Positions 47,919 to 56,952 of a stretch of DNA of 64,000 nucleotides are shown here, one piece after another. A program made the position numbers and the translations under genes. The DNA comes from Armatimonadota bacterium. Its GTDB lineage: Bacteria; Vulcanimicrobiota; JACPDS01; JBDRKI01. The notes under the pieces are model-generated. The model did not search any database, was not told where the DNA came from, and saw only the letters and a list, made by a program, of their open reading frames with translations. The stretch spans positions 42,093-106,092 of the forward strand of contig JBDRKI010000036.1 of NCBI GenBank assembly GCA_043814095.1. Direction: 5' to 3'. Numbering within the stretch: position 1 is the stretch's first letter; every line of letters begins with the position of its first letter.

Positions 47919-49190
47919 ATGCTGGATTTGAAATTTATACGCGATAACGCGGACAGTATTAAAGAGAAAATAAAATCTTTGTATATTGAAGCTCCGATAG
48001 ATGCCATTATAGAACTGGATGATACGCGCCGTACTTTAATAAAGGAAGGCGAAGAACTTAAAAACATAAGGAACATTAAATCAAAAGAGATAGCTTCTGA
48101 AAAAGACAATGATAAAAAACAAGAAGCCATAGCCGCCATGAAGGAAGTAAGCGATAAGATTAAGATGCTGGATGATGACTTAAGGCAGGTTGAGGAAGAT
48201 CTTAATAAGCTTCTTCTTGAAGTACCGAACATGCCCGATGATGATGTTCCTTTAGGCAAAGATGATTCGGAAAATGTTATTGTAAAAACATGCGGTGATA
48301 TAAAAGAGAAGCCTTTTAAAGTTAAGCCTCACTGGGAATTAGGCGAAAGCTTAGACATAATTGATTTTGAAAGAGGGGTAAAGATATCAGGTACCAGGTT
48401 CTATATATTAAAAGGACTGGGCGCAAGACTCCAGCGCGCTTTAATTACCTGGATGATTGATCTTCACCTGCAGAAACACGGTTATACCGAAGTATACCCG
48501 CCGGCAATGGTAAAGCGCCACTGCATGACAGGCACCGGCCAGCTTCCCAAATTCGGCGAGAATCTCTATGTAGATGAAGATACCGATACCTGGTTTGCGC
48601 CTACGGCTGAAGTACCGGTTACGAATATGTATATGGATGAAATCTTAGATGCCAAAGACTTACCCATAAAACATGCCGCATATACACCCTGCTTCAGGAA
48701 AGAAAAGATGAGCGCAGGTAAAGATACACGCGGTATAAAAAGAGGCCACCAGTTTGATAAGGTAGAGATGGTAAAATTTGTTCTCCCTGAAGCAAGCAAC
48801 GATGAGCTTAATTCTCTTATCTCAAATGCGGAAGATGTATTAAAAGAATTAAAGCTTCCTTACAGGATAGTACAGATGTGCACGGGAGACCTTTCCTTTA
48901 CCGCGTGCAAAAAGTTTGACTTAGAAGCTTATGCCTATGGCTGTGCGGAGTGGCTTGAAGTGAGTTCATGCTCCAATTTCCGCGATTTCCAGGCAAGAAG
49001 GGCTAATATTAAATTCAGACGCGATAATAAGAGTAAACCGGAATTAGTGCATACCTTAAACGGATCAGGGCTTGCTCTGCCTAGAATAATGATATCCATA
49101 ATAGAGAATTACCAGAACCAAGACGGCTCAATATCTATACCTAAGGTATTAATACCCTATATGGGCGGGATAGAAAAAATAACGAAATAA
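47919..49190 (+). CDS. serS: seryl-tRNA synthetase
   Basis: The track ORF starts at GTG 47913. ATG at 47919 follows GAGGTG. MLDLKFIRDN N-terminal coiled-coil arm. Class II motifs (..TGQLPKF.., ..FRKE.., ..LNGSGLALPR..). Confidence 0.93.
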   Translation: MLDLKFIRDNADSIKEKIKSLYIEAPIDAIIELDDTRRTLIKEGEELKNIRNIKSKEIASEKDNDKKQEAIAAMKEVSDKIKMLDDDLRQVEEDLNKLLLEVPNMPDDDVPLGKDDSENVIVKTCGDIKEKPFKVKPHWELGESLDIIDFERGVKISGTRFYILKGLGARLQRALITWMIDLHLQKHGYTEVYPPAMVKRHCMTGTGQLPKFGENLYVDEDTDTWFAPTAEVPVTNMYMDEILDAKDLPIKHAAYTPCFRKEKMSAGKDTRGIKRGHQFDKVEMVKFVLPEASNDELNSLISNAEDVLKELKLPYRIVQMCTGDLSFTACKKFDLEAYAYGCAEWLEVSSCSNFRDFQARRANIKFRRDNKSKPELVHTLNGSGLALPRIMISIIENYQNQDGSISIPKVLIPYMGGIEKITK

Positions 49191-49265
49191 CAGCATATTT
49201 TTCAAGATTAAGAGGGATATTTTTTTTAAAAAACACCCCTCTTTACTTTCTTCTTTTGTACTACC

Positions 49266-51389
49266 TTATTCTATCTCATATACCTTACCTTTGTAGCATA
49301 CTATTACTTTATCTCCTGCTGATAGGTATTTTGCAAGGCTGGTATCATTTGTAAGCTGGTAGTATTTTTTGCTTAAGAATTTCACTTTTATGGTTTTTCC
49401 ACCCTTGTATTCAGAATCTACCCATACGCCTTTTTTAAGGTAGAAAGTCTTATTGCCTATCTGTTTTATATTCACAGTATAATCTTCTTCGTTTTGGGGG
49501 GCGTACTGGTTATTTGTGCTCTGCTTCATTGCCTGTATGTTTTTGCTTGTCTGGACAGCCTGTTTTCCGCTTGCGGGCGCGCTTTGAGATATCGAGCTTG
49601 ACTGGCCCATAAACAGGTCGCGAGCTTCTTCTTTTTCGTATGATGCCGGAGCATCTTCTTTAACCAGGAATGAGGTGTAAGGAGTTATTATGCCGTATTT
49701 TTTGGAAAGGCTGATGATCTCGTCAATTAATTCCTTATTCTCGCCCTTTATCCTTATATTTTCAAGCAGGTACCCGATCCTTCTCATTGCCCATAGCTGG
49801 GCTATGAATTCACCTGATGTTTCTGATTTATTAAAGCTTGCTTCATATACGAAAGTCTTGGTTTTTCCGGATTGTGTACCGGTCAAGGTGATTAATGAGT
49901 TTCCGCTTCCTTTATACCTGCCTACTGCAACAAGCTGGCTTCCCTTGAATATATCGGGAAGGTCTTTGGGGTATATATCGCTTGTCTTTATTTTTGAGAA
50001 CTTTAAGGTTATATCAGATAATACCGGTTCGCTTATTTTGCTGTAGAAACTGGATATCGCGGTTTCAAGCTCTTCACCGGGATTAACGTACGCGGGCACG
50101 CCTTTATTGTTGTTTGCGAGCTGGTCTAAGAGTATCGTATTAACATCATAACCTACACCGAAAGTGTAAAGGCGCGTATTTTTATTGTGCTTTCTTACTG
50201 TTTCTAATATATCTGCGGGTTTTGTATTTCCTACAGTGGGGAGCCCGTCTGTAAGGAATATGAGGTATCGGGGTTTATTGTTTTGGGAAAAAAGCTTTAA
50301 AGAAGTTGTCATAGCTTCATATATATTTGTACCGCCGTTTGCGTCAAGCTTTTCAGCGAATTTTAAAGATTTCTGTTTGTTTGCTGGGGTTGCTTTAATA
50401 TTTTTATCTGAGAAAAGGTGTATGTTATCACTGAAAGATACAACATTAAAGTAATCTCCGGGGTTTAATTTTGAAAGACAGAACTTTAAAGTCTTTTTGG
50501 CATAATCTATTTTACCTGTATCATTCATACTGCCTGAAGTATCAATTACGAAAACTATTTCCTTGGGCATTATTTTGGTTTTGTTTGTTTCTTCTTTCGG
50601 GGAGAGAAGAAGAAGGAAATAGCCGTCGGATGACGGGTCTTCCTTGTATGTTACAAGGTTAAGTCCGAAGTCTTTCTGGGATACGGAATAGTATAAGACA
50701 AAATCTTTATCCGGGAGAGTATTATTTTTTTCGTAGCTTGCTTCTACGGTATAGTCATTTACTCTTGTGACAGATATGTTATGTGAAGGCGAATACACGT
50801 TTTTTATGGGGAGCTTGGATTTTATCTTTACACTTACAGTTACTTCTTCAAGGGGTCTTGAAGAGAATTTCTCTGTGGAAAGGGGATACACAAGCTTAAC
50901 CAGCCCGTTATCCATTTTAAGCATATCGGTATATTCCAGCTTTATCCTTTTTTCGCCGTTTGCCGGTATCGGGAATATTCTTGCGGAGAAAGTATTTTTA
51001 TCCACGTATTCCAGAAGGGCGGGATCTCTCATCTGCCTTACTATATCTTCATATACTTTTCTTGCTTCATCTTTAGAAAGGAGTGTGGCATCTACCATTT
51101 TGCCGTCAACATCCATTGCGAATTTTGATATTGCCGCATCCTCGGGAAGGGGGAATAAATACCTTCCTTCAAGCTGGTAGTTGTTGGGGTTTTTAAAGAC
51201 CTGATCAATTTTTACAATAGCCACCTGATTATTTACATCTATATTTACCCGGTGGTATTTTATGGCAAGAGGGGTAGGCTGGGGGAGGTCGCGTATGGGC
51301 GTGGGTATGATTATCCCGTCAGCCCAGAGGATTCCTGTTAAGAGAAACAGGAGAGTTAAAAAAGCAGTAATTGTTGTTATTTTTCTCAT
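49266..51389 (-). CDS. secreted VIT + von Willebrand factor A domain protein
   Basis: The track ORF starts at 51470 with a Lys/Arg-rich extension. ATG at 51389 gives MRKITTITAFLTLLFLLTGILWA (signal peptide). vWA MIDAS motif VFVIDTSGSM and LTDGLPT. Confidence 0.78.
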   Translation of the reverse strand: MRKITTITAFLTLLFLLTGILWADGIIIPTPIRDLPQPTPLAIKYHRVNIDVNNQVAIVKIDQVFKNPNNYQLEGRYLFPLPEDAAISKFAMDVDGKMVDATLLSKDEARKVYEDIVRQMRDPALLEYVDKNTFSARIFPIPANGEKRIKLEYTDMLKMDNGLVKLVYPLSTEKFSSRPLEEVTVSVKIKSKLPIKNVYSPSHNISVTRVNDYTVEASYEKNNTLPDKDFVLYYSVSQKDFGLNLVTYKEDPSSDGYFLLLLSPKEETNKTKIMPKEIVFVIDTSGSMNDTGKIDYAKKTLKFCLSKLNPGDYFNVVSFSDNIHLFSDKNIKATPANKQKSLKFAEKLDANGGTNIYEAMTTSLKLFSQNNKPRYLIFLTDGLPTVGNTKPADILETVRKHNKNTRLYTFGVGYDVNTILLDQLANNNKGVPAYVNPGEELETAISSFYSKISEPVLSDITLKFSKIKTSDIYPKDLPDIFKGSQLVAVGRYKGSGNSLITLTGTQSGKTKTFVYEASFNKSETSGEFIAQLWAMRRIGYLLENIRIKGENKELIDEIISLSKKYGIITPYTSFLVKEDAPASYEKEEARDLFMGQSSSISQSAPASGKQAVQTSKNIQAMKQSTNNQYAPQNEEDYTVNIKQIGNKTFYLKKGVWVDSEYKGGKTIKVKFLSKKYYQLTNDTSLAKYLSAGDKVIVCYKGKVYEIE

Positions 51390-51603
51390 TTTTTTATTCC
51401 TTTCCTTTCTTTTTTTCTTTTTTGTATTTTTAAGGAGAAGTGTTCTCCTTATTAATCTGTCGTTAAACATATTAGGTTATTTCATAATGTATGTTTTTCT
51501 GTTTATAATGAAATTGCCCTTCAGCTCACGGATCTAAAGGTCCTATTGCGGTTTTCTATAATATATTATAATATAGGTGAAACTTTTTTATCGGGGTGGA
51601 TAT

Positions 51604-52620
51604 ATGTTAATAGATAATCTCTGGAAAAAGGGTAAGGATTTTCTGGGAGTAAAGTATCCCATTATATCAGGCGGGATGACCTGGATAAGCGATTTTGATC
51701 TTGTAAAAGCGGTATGTGATAACGGCGCGTTCGGTGTTTTTGCAGGCGGGAATATGCCGCCTGAGCTTTTTGAAAAAGAACTGGATAAGTGCATAGAGGG
51801 GATAGATAAGCCGTTTGGTGTTAACCTTATCACTATAGCACCTAATTACAGGGCTCAGTATGAGATAGTCCAGCGTAAAAACGTGCCATTTGTTATTTTC
51901 GCGGGCAACTTTCCCAAGCAGAATGATATTTTAAATATGAAAAAAGCCGGCAAAAAGACTCTGTCTTTCGCCTCGGGACAGGCCATAGCGGAAAGGCAGA
52001 TCGCTTTCGGCATTGACGGTCTGATACTTGAAGGGAGCGAGGCCGGCGGCCATATAGGTTATGTGTCTTTAATTGTTCTTCTCCAGCAGGTTCTCTTTGC
52101 TTGCAGGGATTTCCCGATATTTGTCGCGGGCGGTCTTGGAATGGGCAGGATCATGGCCCATCTTCTTCTTATGGGAGCGGCAGGCTGCCAGTTCGGTACA
52201 TTATTTGTTATGACCGAAGAATGCACGGCCCATGAGAATTTTAAAAAAGTATTTAAAAGGGCCCGTTCAAGAGAAGCAATAGCAACGCCCCAGTATGATT
52301 CAAAACTTCCCGTTGTCGCGGTAAGGGCATTAAAGAATAAAGCAATGGAAGGTTTCGGCCTGCTGCAGCTTGAGCTTTTAAAGAAGCTTGAATCAGGTGA
52401 AATTTCTAAAGAGCAGGCCCAGTTTGAGGTTGAAAACTACTGGGTAGGGTCTTTAAGGAATGCGGTTATAGACGGTGATGTAGAAGGCGGTTCTTTAATG
52501 GCGGGGCAGAGCGTGGGCCTTATAGATGAGATAAAACCCATGAAGCAGGTTATTGAAGATCTGATAAATGACGCGGAAGATGAAATTAAAAGAGTAAAGG
52601 GTATTATTTCCTCTTTATAG
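51604..52620 (+). CDS. nitronate monooxygenase / FabK-like FMN oxidoreductase (NPD family)
   Basis: The track ORF starts at GTG 51577. ATG at 51604 follows GGTGGA. PIISGGMTWISDFDLVKAVCDNGAFGVFAG and EGSEAGGHIG blocks. Confidence 0.75.
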   Translation: MLIDNLWKKGKDFLGVKYPIISGGMTWISDFDLVKAVCDNGAFGVFAGGNMPPELFEKELDKCIEGIDKPFGVNLITIAPNYRAQYEIVQRKNVPFVIFAGNFPKQNDILNMKKAGKKTLSFASGQAIAERQIAFGIDGLILEGSEAGGHIGYVSLIVLLQQVLFACRDFPIFVAGGLGMGRIMAHLLLMGAAGCQFGTLFVMTEECTAHENFKKVFKRARSREAIATPQYDSKLPVVAVRALKNKAMEGFGLLQLELLKKLESGEISKEQAQFEVENYWVGSLRNAVIDGDVEGGSLMAGQSVGLIDEIKPMKQVIEDLINDAEDEIKRVKGIISSL

Positions 52621-52668
52621 AAATTGACTTTTATAATAGATTTGCTATAATCTTCTTTATAAACCAGT

Positions 52669-52753
52669 GCGGAAGTGGCGGAATTGGTATACGCGTACGT
52701 TTGAGGGGCGTATGGGATTTCCCGTGTGGGTTCAAGTCCCACCTTCCGCACCA
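52669..52753 (+). tRNA. tRNA-Leu (anticodon GAG), CCA encoded
   Basis: Acceptor stem GCGGAAG/CTTCCGC. Anticodon stem TACGT/GCGTA with loop TTGAGGG (anticodon GAG). Long variable arm. T-arm GTGGGTTCAAGTCCCAC. 85 nt. Confidence 0.9.
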
Positions 52754-52763
52754 TAAAGAGATA

Positions 52764-52791
52764 AAAACTTCGGTATTTGCCGGAGTTTTTT
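52764..52791. terminator. bidirectional hairpin terminator (tRNA-Leu and the convergent minus-strand gene)
   Basis: AAAACTTCGG-tatttg-CCGGAGTTTT followed by TTGTTTTT. Confidence 0.7.
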
Positions 52792-52795
52792 GTTT

Positions 52796-53410
52796 TTATT
52801 TCTCTATCTTATACCCTTTAAGTTCGTGTGTTAAGCTTAAAGGGGGAAGCCCAGAGGTTTCTTTAATAAGGCCTATTCCCGCGGCATACCATCTTTGAAC
52901 CGTTATTTTTCTATCCATTCCGGCATCTGCCGTTATATCGATTTTAAAAGCCTTAAAAGTTCCCGCCGGCACCGTAACTTTTTCAAACGCGGCTACTTTA
53001 AAGTTAAAAGTTATATCCCCGGTATCTTTAAATTTGCCCGTCCATACCCAGCTTTTGCCTGTTTTTAAAGGGAGCTTCATTATAGTCTGCGGAGGGGTTA
53101 GTTTCACCTTGATATTGTTATTATTATATGTTTTCATAACGGCAAGAACTTCTTTATTATTTTTATCATAATAATCTTTCTGCATTATTTCTTTATCCAT
53201 TATGGTTTCCATAACGGCACATTGTATATTATCAATATTTTCTTCTCCGTTTACGACAACTATCAGATCCTTATCCCCGAATTTATATATCCATTCCGAG
53301 TCTTGAGTAAGAGGAAAATAATCGGGCTGTTTAAATAAGCCGGAGAAGAAAAACAAAGCCAGAATAAAGAGTATTAACAGTAATAATGTAATAGTTTTTA
53401 ATTTGTTCAT
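52796..53410 (-). CDS. hypothetical exported protein
   Basis: 204 aa, GGAGGA RBS, N-terminal signal/anchor MNKLKTITLLLLILFILALFFFSG. No family recognised. Confidence 0.6.
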   Translation of the reverse strand: MNKLKTITLLLLILFILALFFFSGLFKQPDYFPLTQDSEWIYKFGDKDLIVVVNGEENIDNIQCAVMETIMDKEIMQKDYYDKNNKEVLAVMKTYNNNNIKVKLTPPQTIMKLPLKTGKSWVWTGKFKDTGDITFNFKVAAFEKVTVPAGTFKAFKIDITADAGMDRKITVQRWYAAGIGLIKETSGLPPLSLTHELKGYKIEK

Positions 53411-53448
53411 TTATCCTCCGTTATATAATTTATAATTCTTATTAAATT

Positions 53449-53488
53449 ATGCCTATTCCTTTTATTTTTCTTTTAAAGGAATAGGCAT
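53449..53488. other. perfect 14-bp inverted repeat in a divergent promoter region
   Basis: ATGCCTATTCCTTT (53449-53462), 12 nt spacer, AAAGGAATAGGCAT (53475-53488). Both flanking genes point away from it. Confidence 0.5.
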
Positions 53489-53630
53489 AGTAATTGCGAA
53501 GAAAGCTACAAATTTAAACAGGGGGGTTGTAAACCCTGGTACTTTTTATTTATAATAGAAAAGAATAAAAAAAAAGCATTAAGTGTAGTATTGTATAAGA
53601 CTTAACTTGTTTACTATTTTGGAGGTAAAA

Positions 53631-55337
53631 ATGAGATTAGTAGAATGTGTACCTAATTTCAGCGAAGGCAGGGATATGTCCGTAATAGACGCCATTACAA
53701 ATGAGATAAAATCGGTAAAAGATGTACAGCTCTTAGATGTTGATCCAGGGGCTGATACAAACAGGACTGTTGTAACTTTTGTAGGCACGCCCGAGATGGT
53801 AGGTGAAGCCGCGTTTAAGGCGGTTAAGAAGGCATCCGAGCTTATTGATATGTCAAAACATAAAGGCGCTCACGCGAGAATGGGGGCAACTGATGTATGT
53901 CCCTTTATACCGGTTAGCGGTGTCACAATGCAAGAGTGTGTCCAAATTTCAAAGAGAGTAGGGGAAAGGGTAGCAAAAGAATTAAATATCCCCGTGTATT
54001 TTTATGAATTTTCGGCAAACTGCGAAGAAAGAAAAAATCTTGCTAATATAAGGCAGGGAGAGTATGAATGCCTGCCTGAAAAATTAAAAGATCCCAAATG
54101 GAAACCTGACTGCGGGGATGCTTGCTTTAATTCAAAAGCAGGCGTCACTGTTATGGGAGCAAGGCAATTCTTAATCGCATATAACATAAACTTAAACACA
54201 AAAGACAAAAAACTCGCTCATGAGATAGCTTTAAACATACGCGAGGCAGGCCGCTCAAAAAAAGATGCCGAAGGCAATATTATAAGGGATGATAATGGCA
54301 AAGCAATTAAGGTGCCCGGTATATTTAAGGGATTAAAAGCGGTCGGCTGGTATATAGATGAATACAAGCAGGCGCAGGTATCAATGAATATAACGGATCA
54401 TCACGAGACACCTGTCCATATTATTTTTGATGAAGTATGTAATCAAGCGGAGAAACTCGGCCTGCGCGTTACAGGCAGTGAGCTTGTAGGGCTTATTCCC
54501 AAAGATGCCATGATAGACGCGGGAGTTCATTACCTTTCTAAACAGGGTAAATCAACGGGTATTCCTGAAGAAGATATAATTCTCACAGCCATACAGTCTT
54601 TAGGGCTTGAGGATATATCCGAATTTGATCCCAAAAAGAAGGTTATAGAATACAGGCTTACCGAAGATGCTAAAAAAGACAGGCAGTTCTTAAGGTATAT
54701 GACGCTGCGTGGATTTGCAAATGAGCTCTCAACGGATTCTCCGGCTCCCGGCGGCGGGTCTGTTGCCGCATTATCGGCAAGCATGGGAAGCGCTCTCTCA
54801 TCAATGGTAGCCAATCTTACCATAGGTAAAAAGGGTTATGAAAAAGTAACTGAAAAGATGAAAGAGATCGCGGTATCGGGCCAGAAGCTTAAGGATGAGT
54901 TTCTCCTTTTAATTGATGAAGATACGGATGCATTTAGTGAAGTTATGGCCGCAATGAAGCTTCCTAAAAAATCTGATGAAGATAAAAAAATAAGGCAGAA
55001 AGCAATAGAAGATGCAAATAAATACGCAGCCGAGATTCCTCTAAAAGTACTTGAGAAAACTACAGAAATTTTCCCTCTTGCAAAAGAAGTGGCACAATCT
55101 GGCAACCAGAATTCATTATCTGATTCAGGTGTTGCCGCTATATGCGCTCAAGCAGCAGCCCGCAGTGCGTATTACAATGTTATAATTAATCTTCAGTCTA
55201 TAGAAGACAAAAAATTTGTAGAAGAAACAAGGAAAAAAGCGGACCAGCTTCTTGATAAAGCTTACGGCATGTATAAAGAAGTAAGGGGTATTGTTGATAA
55301 GGCATTAGGATTGGAGCAGGCTGTAGGCGCTAAGTAA
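53631..55337 (+). CDS. ftcD: bifunctional glutamate formimidoyltransferase / formimidoyl-THF cyclodeaminase (FTCD-type fusion)
   Basis: The track ORF starts at TTG 53607. ATG at 53631 follows GGAGGT. The N-terminus MRLVECVPNFSEGRD is the classic formiminotransferase start. The C-terminal domain has the cyclodeaminase block SPAPGGGSVAALSASMGSAL. Confidence 0.85.
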   Translation: MRLVECVPNFSEGRDMSVIDAITNEIKSVKDVQLLDVDPGADTNRTVVTFVGTPEMVGEAAFKAVKKASELIDMSKHKGAHARMGATDVCPFIPVSGVTMQECVQISKRVGERVAKELNIPVYFYEFSANCEERKNLANIRQGEYECLPEKLKDPKWKPDCGDACFNSKAGVTVMGARQFLIAYNINLNTKDKKLAHEIALNIREAGRSKKDAEGNIIRDDNGKAIKVPGIFKGLKAVGWYIDEYKQAQVSMNITDHHETPVHIIFDEVCNQAEKLGLRVTGSELVGLIPKDAMIDAGVHYLSKQGKSTGIPEEDIILTAIQSLGLEDISEFDPKKKVIEYRLTEDAKKDRQFLRYMTLRGFANELSTDSPAPGGGSVAALSASMGSALSSMVANLTIGKKGYEKVTEKMKEIAVSGQKLKDEFLLLIDEDTDAFSEVMAAMKLPKKSDEDKKIRQKAIEDANKYAAEIPLKVLEKTTEIFPLAKEVAQSGNQNSLSDSGVAAICAQAAARSAYYNVIINLQSIEDKKFVEETRKKADQLLDKAYGMYKEVRGIVDKALGLEQAVGAK

Positions 55338-56413
55338 TGAGAAAAACTTCAAGAATAATAATAACATTATTTTTATTCGTATTAACATTAACTTGTGCGG
55401 GGTGGTGTGTGTTAACTGACTTATATCAAGAAAAAAATATGGCGCAGTTTAAAAAAGGTAAATTTATAAATACAGAATTTAATAATGATGGCAGTATAGT
55501 ATTAAAACAAGGATTTACATACGGTGAATATATTTCTATTCCGGTTGCCGCAAAATTTAAATTTAATGAAGCCATAATATCATGGAATTGCAAAACAAGC
55601 CCTGATACCGGCATAGCCGTGTATTTAAGGGCCGGTGAGCAGAAGCGCTGGACAAGCTGGTACCTTATGGGGCAGTGGGGTTATACTGCTGTAAAAAATT
55701 ATGATGAGAAGATTAAAAAAGACACGCTCGGCAAAGTTAACGATGATACTCTTTTATTAAAGAATAAAGAAAATATGTTCCAGTACAGGATTTTATTCTT
55801 TTCAAAAGATAAAAAAGAATCCCCGCAGGTTAAAATGATATCAGTCTGCTATAGTGATATAAAAACAAATAAGAAAGTAAGTATTAAGAAAGCTAAAGAT
55901 TTTAGTAGGATAATTGAAGTTCCTTACCGCAGCCAGAAGGTTGAGAAAGATAACATAAGCGGTAAGATATGCGGGCCTACATCCTTATCCATGATAATGG
56001 AGTATTATAAGATTAACCTGCCGACAGAGAAAACAGCTTATGCCTGTTATGATAAGCCTAATGATATTTACGGGAACTGGCCTTATCTTGTTGCATATGC
56101 TTCTGAAAATAATTTAACAGGATGGGTTCAGTATTTTACAAGCTTAGAGCAGTTAAAGGAAGAGATTTCAAAAGGGTATCCTGTTATCGTAGGTATAGCA
56201 TTCGGTGAGGGTCAGCTTACGGGTTCTCCCGTACCTTCCAGTCCGGGGCACCTTCTTGTTGTGCGCGGTTTTGATAAGAACGGTAATGTGTATGTAAACG
56301 ATCCTGCATTTAAAACCAGGGAAAAAGGTGTGCGGGGATATAAAAGGGATGAATTTACAAAAGCATGGCTGAAGCAGGGGTTGGGGGTTGTTCTTCTGTT
56401 CAGAGAACAGTAG
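55337..56413 (+). CDS. membrane-anchored C39-like (papain-fold) cysteine peptidase domain protein
   Basis: 358 aa. TAATG stop/start overlap with ftcD. N-terminal TM helix. VPYRSQ...ICGPTSLSMIMEYY (Cys) and PGHLLVVRGFDKNGNVYVNDP (His). Confidence 0.65.
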   Translation: MRKTSRIIITLFLFVLTLTCAGWCVLTDLYQEKNMAQFKKGKFINTEFNNDGSIVLKQGFTYGEYISIPVAAKFKFNEAIISWNCKTSPDTGIAVYLRAGEQKRWTSWYLMGQWGYTAVKNYDEKIKKDTLGKVNDDTLLLKNKENMFQYRILFFSKDKKESPQVKMISVCYSDIKTNKKVSIKKAKDFSRIIEVPYRSQKVEKDNISGKICGPTSLSMIMEYYKINLPTEKTAYACYDKPNDIYGNWPYLVAYASENNLTGWVQYFTSLEQLKEEISKGYPVIVGIAFGEGQLTGSPVPSSPGHLLVVRGFDKNGNVYVNDPAFKTREKGVRGYKRDEFTKAWLKQGLGVVLLFREQ

Positions 56414-56446
56414 AAATCCTTATTTTTAAGTATTTTTTATGAATAC

Positions 56447-56475
56447 AGGAGCATGATTTACCATGCTCCTATTTT
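56447..56475 (+). terminator. rho-independent terminator
   Basis: AGGAGCATG-atttac-CATGCTCCT followed by ATTTT. Confidence 0.7.
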
Positions 56476-56519
56476 AATGCTAATTTTATCCTTTAAATTT
56501 ATGATGTGAAGAGCAAAAA

Positions 56520-56576
56520 AGTTAACAATTTGTTAACAATTTGGCAATAATTTAGCAATATAATTATGTTAATATT
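56520..56576 (+). promoter_or_regulatory. TGTTAACA-array element, copy d
   Basis: AGTTAACA at 56520, TGTTAACA at 56531, TGGCAATA at 56542, TAGCAATA at 56553 (exact 11-bp phasing), TATAAT at 56559-56564, TATGTTAATA at 56565. ATG at 56632. Confidence 0.6.
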
Positions 56577-56631
56577 TAATTAATAAGGAATAACAATAAG
56601 AGTATGATCGGAAAAATATCTGGAGGTAAGT

Positions 56632-56916
56632 ATGAATATCGGGAGTATGAAAATCAGCGGGCAGAATAAAGCAGGGAGCTTATTTGGAGCAATACCTATA
56701 CACAAAGAAACAGACATAGATAAACTTATTAAGAAGCTACGAAAGACACCTAACAGGTTGGAGCGCATGACTATAATATGGCGGCTGTGTGATTTATACT
56801 ATCAGCTTGATTATAGTAAGCGCAAAGAAATTAGAAGAGTTATAGAAAAAGTAGCTTCAGATGATGTGGATGAAAATGTGCGCAGGTGGGCGGATTATAA
56901 ATTAGACGGAAAATAA
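56632..56916 (+). CDS. small hypothetical protein with one HEAT-like repeat
   Basis: 94 aa, GGAGGT RBS. C-terminal VASDDVDENVRRWADYKL resembles a PBS-lyase/HEAT-type repeat. Confidence 0.55.
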   Translation: MNIGSMKISGQNKAGSLFGAIPIHKETDIDKLIKKLRKTPNRLERMTIIWRLCDLYYQLDYSKRKEIRRVIEKVASDDVDENVRRWADYKLDGK

Positions 56917-56952
56917 AATATATAAACCTATTTATAATAACAGGGGGAAAAT

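Noticed and set aside
51390-51470. N-terminal extensions suggested by the ORF track. Examples: MFNDRLIRRTLLLKNTKKKKRKERNKK before the VIT-vWA signal peptide, [13 protein letters not shown] before SHMT, and TTG/GTG starts at 1566, 17831, 38096, 43626, 47913, 51577 and 53607.
   Set aside because: Internal ATG codons are preceded by well-spaced GGAGG-like RBSs and give canonical N-termini (signal peptides or conserved family starts). The extensions are probably untranslated.
52669-53410. tRNA-Leu as an integration hotspot marking a genomic island.
   Set aside because: No integrase, recombinase or phage gene is adjacent. The next gene is a convergent exported protein sharing a bidirectional terminator. 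I did not notice a direct repeat of the tRNA 3' end, although I could not search the window exhaustively by eye.
53489-53630. THF or other riboswitch in the 5' region of ftcD.
   Set aside because: I see only a short 5-bp stem (CAGGG..CCCTG) and A/T-rich sequence. I could not recognise any conserved riboswitch core. A covariance-model scan (Rfam/Infernal) would be needed.
56541-56557. Sigma-54 (-24/-12) reading of the TTGGCAATAATTTAGCA box in element copy d.
   Set aside because: Copy d fits GG-N10-GC. The equivalent positions in copy c (TTGGCAATATTTTGTT) and copy b (CTGGCAATATAATTAT) lack the -12 GC, and copy a has no TGGCA at all. A sigma-54 promoter therefore does not explain the shared element.
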